Of a stretch of 64,000 nucleotides of DNA, positions 54,576 through 64,000 are shown in pieces (the stretch's first letter is position 1; each line of letters starts with the position of its first letter). Source of the DNA: Sphyrna mokarran (Eukaryota); contig JAGIQG010000030.1 of the NCBI GenBank assembly GCA_024679065.1, positions 15,624,001 through 15,688,000 on the forward strand, read 5' to 3'. The notes under the pieces are model-generated. The model saw only the letters and a list, made by a program, of their open reading frames with translations. It ran no database searches and was not told where the DNA came from. The position numbers and the translations under genes are program-made.

Positions 54576-54979
54576 GGCAACGTAGTTGGGGCTTTGTCTT
54601 TGGCAGTCCCTTGATTTTGAAGATGATATTCATTTAGGGTTGCAAGTTTCTGCCTTTGGTCTTTGTGTGGCTGTCCAGGCTAGTTCTCCGTCTACAGATC
54701 TTAGGGCACAACAGGGCAGGATGTTCGAGAAGGTACTGGGATTTAGAGTACAGGATTTGCTTTACTTTTCTCTTCTCTACTGCCCTGTTGCCTCATCATT
54801 CAGACTCTAATTGAAAAGCGTGATGCTGGAAATCTGAAATAAAAAGAAAAAAAATGCAGGAATACTTAACAGGGCAGGCAGCATCTGTGGAGAGAAAAAC
54901 AGAACAGAACAGAGATTCTTCAGAACTGATGAAAGGTCGTAGTTCTGAAATCTTAATTCTGTTTCTCTCTCTCTAGCTT

Positions 54980-55750
54980 TAATTTGATTTGATTTATTAT
55001 TGTCACATGTACTAACATACAATGAAAAGTATTGTTTCTTATCCGCTATACAGGCAAAGCATACCGTTCATAGAGAAGGAAAGGAGAGAGTGCACAATGT
55101 AATGTTACAGACATAGTTAGAGTGTAGAGAAAGATCAACTTAATGCGAGATCGGTCCATTCAAAAGTCAGCAGCAGGGAAGAAGCTGTTCTTGAGTCAGT
55201 TGGTACGTAACCTCAGGGTTTTTCCCAACAGAAGGAGGTGGAAGAGAGAATGTCCGGGGTGCACCAGAGGTCCTTAATTATCCTGGCTGCTTTGCCAAGG
55301 CAGTGGGAAGAGTAGACAGATTCAATGGATGGGAGGCAGGTTAGTGTGATGGATTGGGCTACATTCATGATCTTTTGTAGTTCCTTGTGGTCTTCGGCAG
55401 AACAGGAGCCATACCAAGCTGTGATATAACCAGAAAGAATGCTTTCCATGATGCATCTTTAAAAGTTGGTGAAAGTCATAGCTGACATGCCAAATTTTCT
55501 TAGTCTTCTGAGAAAGTAGGAGTGTTGGTGGACTTTCTTAACTATAGTGTTGGCATGAGGGGGGATTGGGACAGGTTGTTGGTGATCCAGACACCTAAAA
55601 ACTTGAAGCTGTGGATCCTTTCCACTTTATCCTCGTTGATGTAGACAAGGATATGTTTTCCTTTACACAATGACAATCTCCTACATTTTGTTGACATTGA
55701 GGGAGAGATTAATTATTATTGCCTCACCAGTTCGCCAAATTCTCTATCGC
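54980..55750 (-). mobile_element. Rex1/Babar-like LINE 3' portion
   Basis: Minus ORF ESILSGYITAWYGSCS...LQKIMNVAQSI; reverse complement of 44390-45160. Confidence 0.87.
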
Positions 55751-55889
55751 AATGTCTCGCCATTGTATGCTGAGTATTTCTTGCATTTTCTCTTTTACTT
55801 TCACCATTCAAAAGCTGTGACTCAGTGCGAACCAAAGTGATGGATAAAGTTACCCATTCTGAGGGAGTGATAAAGTCAATGTTTGAGTT

Positions 55890-56200
55890 TTAAGGCGGGT
55901 GAGCGCTAGGACTCCTCGGCCTCCGGTTGTCGAGGCGCGTTCTCGCGGTCGCGCGCGGGTTTCCTTCACAACCAAGATGGCGGCGGGCGGAGCGAGGAGC
56001 TGAGAAGCTGTCAGCGGCCGGCACTCATCATGAATGGACAACACTTTGCTGCTCGCTTTGTCTGACTGATCGAAGGCTGGCACAGAGCGCGGGGAGCGGC
56101 TCCGGAGGGGGTGAGTTGTTCATGGAGTCCTTTATAGAGACACATTTCCCTGCTTTAATTAGAGGCTATTTGGCAGGGGCTAGTGCGCAGGCGCAGTGCC
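55890..56200 (+). promoter_or_regulatory. CpG-island promoter with a putative non-coding first exon ending at 56110 (probably DENND4A by synteny)
   Basis: CpG cluster; YY1 consensus AAGATGGCGGC (55974-55984); strong donor GGG|gtgagt at 56110/56111; NRF1 site TGCGCAGGCGCA (56184-56195). Gene identity is inferred only from the vertebrate MEGF11-RAB11A-DENND4A order; no coding exon is seen. Confidence 0.72.
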
Positions 56201-56261
56201 GTCTGTCTGCACATAGAAATAGGAGCAAAATAGAAAAGTGAATGGCCTCAGCCCCAATTCC

Positions 56262-56478
56262 CTGATTGTAAATAATCCTATGACCCTGGGCTAAATACCC
56301 CCTGATACTGGGCTGAATAACTCTCTGACCCTGGACTAAATAATCCCCTGCCCTCAGACTAAATAACCGCCTGACCATGAGCTAAATATCCCCCTGTCCC
56401 TGGGCTAACTGACCCCCTACCCCTGGCCTAAATAACTCCCTGCCCTGGAGTGAAATGGCACCCGTGCCCCTGGGTAAA
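56262..56478 (+). repeat. Degenerate ~23-bp tandem repeat, ~9 units
   Basis: Units resemble ataatcccctgaccctgggctaa. Confidence 0.85.
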
Positions 56479-58829
56479 TGTTATATATAATGCATTGCCT
56501 CTAGGCTAATATATTTATAGATGTGTCACTGTACATAATCAATGATCTCTTATCCAACCTAGTTGGTAGTTTGCCTGTTTTTGGGGTCAGTCTTGTCTCA
56601 AAAATATCTAATCTTGTTTAAAACTCTGGAGGTATATGTTCAATTTTATTTGTAAATTTCTGGAAGGTGTCATCAAACCATGGCTGAGTGAATAATGAAT
56701 AACGGTATTATTATGTAAAGTGCCTACTTTTTTCAAAATGATAACAGACCAATAACCAGAGATATCTGCTGACTATGTTTACATTACGCTTGTTTTAATC
56801 CTTGGAGAAAGTGCCCTTTTTAAGTGTCATTTTGCTCCTAACTGCAACCCAACCCAACTTTTAAACGTTTGTGTGTGTGAATGTGTGTCTATGTCCCCGT
56901 CTGTCTGTGTCCTCAGATTTAACTTCAGTGGGTCAGTTGTGTTTTATAAATTAGAATTCACATTTGATCTTTAAACTAAGCAATTTAAGTTTCACTTGAG
57001 TCGCAAGCCAAAACTATTACTATGAGCTTTTACAAAGAATTTGAGACGTTTGTTTAGCAATGGAAGGATTAAACAAATATATACTGATTGAGACGTCTTT
57101 ATTTTACAACAGATCATTCTGCTACCTTCAACATTTCTCTACATACATGAGCGCATAAGATGAAGTTCATATTAAAATGGTTTTTGGCTCTCAGCAGTAA
57201 ATCCAGGCACCTCTGTATGCATTTATAAATGGGGAATTTCTGAAAACCACATTGAAGTCTATCATTAGCTCTGTAGATGTATCATCATGTTTTTAATATT
57301 GCCTGTGCAAATGTCACTGGAAAAACCCTGTGCTCATGTTTGTAAATTCATGTTATGCAAATAGTTTCTTCATAAGAACGTTGTGAATGGATGCAAGAGC
57401 AAGTGTAATTTTGCTTAGAGGCTCCATTACACATCGCTGAATTGTATGAAATATGAAAACTAAACATTATTACCTGATAAATAGTTTAAGAATTGGGTGT
57501 GTGTTTTTAAAGTGACTAATTGCAGCCAAAATCTGTGGATTGAAAATTGAATTTGAGAGAAATATTCAGCATATTTTAGTAGAAAGCTTAAAATTGATTC
57601 TGATTAAAAGACAGATTTATTTATTAGATCCACAGCTTGGAATGATTGTACTTGGCAAGTTATTTAGCTTTTAATCTTTGTAATGGTGTGTAAGCTGGTA
57701 AGGGCGGGGGGAGGTTAGACAATAAGACTTAGGAGCAAAATTGGACCACTTGATCCGTCAAATCTGCTCTGATTTGTTTTAATGATACAGAAATCAGCTC
57801 TGGAAAATTCTTCGGTGTAGTTATGTTGCTGATGTGACATCACATTATGCTGCCATACGAGTTTAAGAATTTTTCACACTTTGATTTCACTTTTCACTTC
57901 AAAGAATACCATTATTGAAATATGTCGTTGGACAACAGCTTGTGATTGGACTCCCTTCTAAATATTAATTTGTTAATATGTCACACAATTCAGGTTTACC
58001 AATGAATGTAGAACTATACCAAACCACACCATGTTTCAAAAATTTCAGCTGCAAATCTGGTTTCACTAAGCCTCTGGATCTCAGTTCAAGAAATGGAATT
58101 AATTAATACAGAAAGAAAGGTCTGTCATTTGCTTTAAATGAGGCTTCTCAAAGGGAATTGTTGCAGGTTCGCACTGTATAATATAAATTTAGGTGGACTT
58201 TTGTTTGTGCCAATTTTTCCTCTAATGCTTGTGCCACCTCCTCAAAAAATTGCCTGCCGAGGTAATAAACCAGAGGCTGTGGTCCCTCTCAATATTTGCA
58301 CAGTAGGAGATCAGCTAAGTTGCCAAATGCCAAGGATTAAATCTGGATCTTTTATGGCCCATGTGCCTCTGACACTCACTGGGTAAACCTATTAGCTAAG
58401 TTAGACCTCCAGATGAGGAAAGTGGAAAGAGCCAGAATTCCTGCTTCTGAGTGCAGAGACTCTCTCCATCTGCTGGAAAGTGCTTCTATGGTGATGTGAG
58501 AACAGGCCTAGACTTAATGACGCATCTATACTTGCAATTCCCTGGTATATAATATCCCAGTAATGGGATACAAACAGACATGTTGTCACCCTAAGACATT
58601 ATACTTTCGCTGCATTATTTGGTGTTGTTTATAATTTATTTTTAAAACTTACGTATCAGAAACTGAGCAAATGCTTAGTGCCCAGTTTTTTGCCAGTGCT
58701 AGTCTGTATTTTTTTTAGAAGGTCATGGTGATTTTCCCAATTTTGTATGTTTAGATAACTGAATTGTTTAAGAAATACTTCTGCAATTCTAGCTGAACTT
58801 CCGAGAGCTGTGGAAATCTCCTTGTTCCA

Positions 58830-59072
58830 ATCATGAATGGAAGGAGATGTCAGGGGTAGGTTTTTCACTCAGAGGGTGGTGAGTGAATGGAACTGACTGC
58901 TGTCGGAGGTTGTTGAGGCAAACTCACTGGGGTCTTTTAAGAGACTTCTGGATGAGTATATGGAAAAGAATAGGATAGGGGGTTATAGATAGGTCTGTGG
59001 ATTGGTAGATGTGATCGGCGCAACTCGTGGGCCGAAGGGCCTGTTTGTGCTGTATTGTTCTATGATTCTATG
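58830..59072 (+). mobile_element. CR1 3' tail
   Basis: tttttcactcagagggtggtgagtgaatggaac...gggccgaagggcctgtttgtgctgtattgttctatgattctatga. Confidence 0.85.
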
Positions 59073-60169
59073 AACTAGTTTCCACAACAACCTGAACAAG
59101 ATTAAAAGAACAGTGATTGTGCAATTGTTTTTAAGTTACAAGTTATAATTATTATCGGGTTATTATGACCCCAGTGTTTCCTAAACAGTTACTTTTGGGG
59201 CAGTGTGCGGTTTGCAGAAATAGTAGTGCAGAACTTGGATATTGCTGAAAACAAACATATTGCCAAAGCTTTCCATTTAGCACTCAGGACAAATGTAAGA
59301 CTGCCAAATTTCAAAGGGTCACAATTTATACTACAGGAAAAGCAGTGCTGATTGGTTGACAAATCGTTTCAGGCCAGGTCATTTTCATGGGTGGCTTTTC
59401 TCATGTTTGTGCCGATGAGTGCAAGATGAAAAGCTTCAGCAACATGTCTCTTCAACAATATTTAACAGGCAGTAGTGTTACCTTGTTTGCCAGTGTGAAA
59501 AACTAATTGTTAAAAGGTTGCCCTATAACTGTTAGTTTCAATACAATAATAGTTTGAATTCAAGTGGATAGCCTTCTACTGTTTGAATTTGTCACTGAAT
59601 CAAGTATAATTCCAGTACAAAGTCAAACAAAGTTTAAAAAGGGATCAGGATCTCTTCGAGACTTAAAGCACGCAGAGAATTAGTATCACTGAATAATATA
59701 GAACAGAAGGTGATCGTACAGTCCTTTATGCCTTTGGTACAGCTATCCGATTTCCTTATAGACCTGAAATTAAATTTTCCTTCAAGTTGACTTTGAAATG
59801 CTTTGGAACTGTGGATTTCCTGCTCTGAAAACAATTCTCTGCAAATTACACGTACGTTAGGAGTGTCTTCTGCTCTTCAGAATTAAGTTAGTGGAAATCA
59901 GTGTTTGCCAAGTTGGCATTGCTTCTGTGGTTCCAGTTCTCAGTCCAATAGCTGTTGGTATACAAGCAGTTTTTTATGCAGCTTTGATGTGACATTTCGT
60001 ATACAGAACTTGCTTTTAAGAAAGCATATTTTGTACGTTGAGGCCAGCAACGCAAGTTGGTTATCTTCATGTCCGTACTCTGACAAGCAGGAGCAAAGAG
60101 CAAACATGAGCAGCACAAGTGCACAAACATGGCCTTCCTGAAACTTCTCTTTAAGTTCAGTGCTTTGTT

Positions 60170-60740
60170 ATTAGGATCAGTACAGGGGTTTGGTTATTTG
60201 CGATTCATATCATCGTCTAGATAAAGGGTCAGGATATACTGCATCAAGGTTTACTAATGATACAAGGTGAGATGAGAAAGTAAGCTGCAAAGAAGACACA
60301 AGAAGTTTGCCAAGAATATATTTAAATTAACTGAATGAACAATAAGGTGATGGCAAATGCAGTACATTTTGTGGGGAAATTTGACGTTATGCACTTCGAT
60401 AAGGAAACTAGATAAAGAATTTCAAAATAGTGAAAAACAGTTAAACGTATTTAGAGGGACTTGGTGAGCTTGTACATGAAATATCATGTTGTACCTGCAT
60501 GTTAACAAGAAATTAGGAAGGTGCATTGTATATTGGACTTCATTACAAGGGCATTAGAGGACAAGTAGGACAATCTTGCTGCAATTGTATAGGGTTTCGG
60601 TAAAACCACCCCTGGTGTTCTGTGGTGTAGTTTCAGTTTCCGTATCTTTGGAAAAATGTGCTTTCCTTAGGGGAGGTGCAACAAAGATTCACTGGATTGA
60701 TTCCTGGGATATGAGAGTTTTTATGGAGAGAGATTGAGAT
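60170..60740 (+). mobile_element. Highly degenerate CR1 RT fragment
   Basis: aaggtttactaatgatacaag (KFxxDT), tggcaaatgcagt, gttatgcactt and gtgcaacaaagattcact remnants. Confidence 0.65.
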
Positions 60741-61969
60741 GAATTTCAAACTTTTTGTTCCCATGAAGATTATAGAGAGTGTACCATTTTCAGATTCTCT
60801 GTGGACCTATATTTATCTAACTTTCTAAACAGCATGTTTATGCTATTTTTGTATATGCTAAATAGCATATACATTAATAGGAATTCGCAGTGATAAAAGA
60901 CAAAGGTCATCATGTTCACCTCCAATTAGCCATGTGATCCAGCGATATTGAAGTTATTGACTAATCACTGATCAATTTTTATCAATTAGTTTACAGCAGA
61001 CCCATAAATGAGGTTAGGAAAAGCCCCCAGTTTTGGAGAGTTTTAGAAGTAATAGTTCCAAAGTCACCTGTTTCTCACAAGCACATTCTACTCACTACAC
61101 ATCATGGTCTACATTACTCCGTCTTTATAAAATACTGAAAAGAACATTCAGATAATCTCAATTTTTTTTCCAGTGAGAATTTAAATTTACAGAATTACTC
61201 GTCATTATCCAATCGCTTCATCCCCTTAAATCTATTTCTAGAAGCTTTAACAAAACTGTAATATCGCCTCTATAGCAGTGAGCAGAACTGTACCCATTGT
61301 TCTAAGTACAGTGCATCAATGATTTATAAAGTGGCAGAATTGCCTCATCATTTTGATTCAATGTTACATTTTTATTGCATCTTAACATCAGATTTACTCA
61401 TTTTCATCTAGTATCATTGTAATGATTATTGCAACATCTGTCATTTTCCGTGCACATTTTTTTCTTTCCATTAAAGTAATAGTTTTTCCAGATTTTTTTT
61501 TGTCTCCACATGAAGCACTGCTACTGTCTGTTCATTTCCCAAATCATCTTGTAGCTTATCCTATTCATCTTTGGGGTCTGCAAGCTTAATTGGCTTTGTA
61601 TCGTCTGCAGATTTATCTGTTGTATTTACAACTCCTAAATCAGGACGACATTAAGTAAGAAATCTTAAACCAGTCTCTTGGAGAATCTCACAGATGACAT
61701 TCTCTCTGGCTAGTGATGATTCCTGCACCACCCATCCTGAGGATTCTATCAATCATAAAAAGTTAATATGCATAATAGAATATCTCACCTTGTTTCTATT
61801 GTTATTTTCAGTATCAGCCTTTACAGAGGAGCTATATCAAAGGCCTTACTGAAATTCCACAGGGACTAGATTTCTGTGCTTTAAGAAATTAGTTATGAAG
61901 AATTGATTTGATGAAGCTCACTCTTACATTTTCTATCTAATGTTTATTTCCATTAACTTACTCCCAAAT

Positions 61970-62219
61970 TTAAAAAAAATTATACTTTATTCCATTCCAA
62001 TCCAATCAAATCCAATTCAGAATCCCAGCAAGTTGGGACATTCCTAATCCAAGCTGACAAGACCAGGCTCCAAGGCTTGATCTCATTTGCATCTTAGCCA
62101 AAAGACCGAGATGCTGCTTTAAAAAATTGCTTCAAATGAAGCTAAAATGTAACCTAATGACTTCGACCGAGTACAGCATGTCGATACTACACTTGATCGT
62201 AGCCAAAAGGCCGAGAAGC
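61970..62219 (-). mobile_element. Candidate U2 snRNA-headed non-autonomous retroposon
   Basis: The minus strand begins with U2 nt 4-40 (62219-62183), has a second U2-like unit (62114-62076), and ends gaataaagtataattttttttaaa. Confidence 0.55.
62183..62219 (-). pseudogene. U2 snRNA 5' fragment (nt 4-40)
   Basis: GCTTCTCGGCCTTTTGGCTACGATCAAGTGTAGTATC has one mismatch to canonical U2 and includes the branch-point recognition sequence GTAGTA. The rest of U2 (Sm site, 3' stem-loops) is absent. Confidence 0.92.
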
Positions 62220-63479
62220 AAGAAAGTGGCCTTGGATAGTCTTGTTTTGATGCAAATATGTGACTTGTAACTGAGGGTAAGTAAAAGGTCAACCATATTT
62301 TTGTGCAACTCGAGTCACATAGTATCCAGACTTGGTGAGGTTACAAATGAATTGTTGAAATGTTATTACAACAATTTGATAGCTTTATGATTACTTTTAA
62401 TGATACCAACCTTTTATTTACAAATTATTTTAGCATTCATACTGGCTCAATAAAGTAATGATTATGCTATTGTAACTCAGTTAAAAGACCTAACTGATTT
62501 TTAAACTTTTGACTGTCTTTCAGCTGTTTTCAATCTGTTTTCCCATGATACTTCTTGTAGATTGTCATATTCTTCCCTTGTCGATGTGAGAATAGTTTTT
62601 CAAATTTGAATTTAACTATGACTGTTCCTTCATAATTTACCTCCCATCCAATACAAAAAAGAAAATTCCTCATTTTTCATCCACTCTCCCTCCGAGTGGC
62701 CTTCCTGAGATTAGAGGTTGAGGTGGTGCATGACATTTGTCTACAACACTCCTTAATGAGGCTGCCATTAAAATGGAAGCATGTATGATCACATTGCCAG
62801 ACAAATGTGCAGATTCGTTGGAAACTTATTATTGGACCTATCTTCATTGATTGCAGAGACACTTTGTTCTGGATGTAAGTTATCTGTTCATCATCATTTA
62901 AATTTATGTTGTCTTGATGTCCTTTCACTCTTAGTGCACTGGAATCTTCCAGAAGTTATTAGATTCTGAACAGATGTTTTATACCTCACTTAAAGAATAT
63001 TGGATTCATTTTTACATTTGGGTGACTTCCAGTGTCTGTTGGCAAACAGTCAAATTGAATTTGACTCAGACTTACTTTGGTCTCTGAGACCCATATGAAA
63101 TTACAGAAGTATAGAGAAAGCAAGTGCAAGGACAGGCCATTTAAATCGCACAAGAGTTGAAAAAGCTGATGCTTGTTTGTTGTTGCAGCCTCTGTCCTTG
63201 CCCACATAGTAGGGAGATCAAGCACGTATCATTATCTATATTTACTTCTCAAAGACATTGTTCTATCACTTATTTGATTTGTGGGTACTTGAATCACAAT
63301 CTAATCACTTAATAACATGCTGGACAAGTTGTATTACTGTTTTTTTGCTGTTCCAAGTGTAAGCAATCAATTGTCATGATGGGCATGGTTTTGTTAAATC
63401 AGTAATCCTGGAATAGGAGAATGGATTCTATGCCATATATTCATGACATTCTTTGCAAATTATTTTATTCTTTAATTTT

Positions 63480-64000
63480 GAAAATAATGCCAGAATTTTC
63501 CAGCAGTCTGTAGATCTGGAAGAGTTCCAGTGGATTGGAAGGTGGTTAATGTAACCCCACTTTTTATAAAAGGAGAGAGAGAGAAAATGGGGAATTATAG
63601 ACTGGTTAGTCTGATATCGGTGGTGGGGAAAGTGCTGGAGTCAGTTATTAAGAATGTAATAACAGAGCATTTGGAAAACAATGACAGGATTGGTCCAAAT
63701 CAGCATGGATTCACTAAAGGGAAATCATACTTGACAAACCTTCTGGAATTTTTTTGAGGATATGACCGGTAGAGTGGACAAGAGTGAATCAGTGGCTGTT
63801 GTTTACATGGAATTTAAATAAATTTTTAACAAGGACTCACAGAAGAGATTAGTGAATAAAATTAAAGCTCATGGTATTGGGGATAATGAATTGACTTGGA
63901 TAGAGAACTAGTTGGCAGACAGGAAGCAGAGAGTGGAATAAATGGGTCCTTTTCAGAATGGCAGGCAGTGATTAGTGGGGTACCGCAGGTTTCAATGCTG
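63480..64000 (+). mobile_element. CR1 LINE RT fragment running off the window end
   Basis: DWKVVNVTPLFIKG...GNYRLVSL...QHGFTKGKSYLTNLLEFF. Confidence 0.92.

Noticed and set aside
56262-56478. CRISPR-like array
   Set aside because: Eukaryotic context, and the units are contiguous and degenerate with no unique spacers.
57090-57200. Possible second exon after ttttacaacag in the repeat-poor 56.5-58.8 kb region
   Set aside because: No ORF similarity and no clear donor; cannot be supported from sequence alone.
62183-62219. Functional U2 snRNA gene
   Set aside because: Only 37 nt match; there is no Sm site or 3' domain.

Overview
This is eukaryotic, repeat-rich genomic DNA, most likely from a shark: it carries HE1/V-SINE-like SINEs, CR1, Rex1/Babar, Penelope-like and Deu-SINE-like repeats. 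The window holds the last two coding exons of MEGF11 (+) and a complete 5-exon RAB11A gene (-, 651 nt CDS, 216 aa) facing it tail-to-tail. An intact tRNA-Gln(CTG) gene lies divergent about 650 bp upstream of the RAB11A ATG. A second CpG-island promoter and non-coding first exon sits at ~56 kb (+); it is probably DENND4A, judged by vertebrate synteny only. Almost all other ORFs in the track are broken retrotransposon pieces or noise. Three things stand out. (1) A ~250-bp element at ~61.97-62.22 kb (-) has a U2 snRNA head, a second internal U2-like unit carrying an octamer, and a LINE-like 3' end; it is a candidate U2-derived non-autonomous retroposon. (2) Local templated duplications of different ages recur, mostly inverted, ~35-370 bp long and copied from 0.2-1 kb away. 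One is an apparently perfect 301-bp inverted copy, and several sit inside SINE/LINE 3' tails. (3) MEGF11 has a GC-AG intron. Repeat boundaries were read by eye and are approximate.
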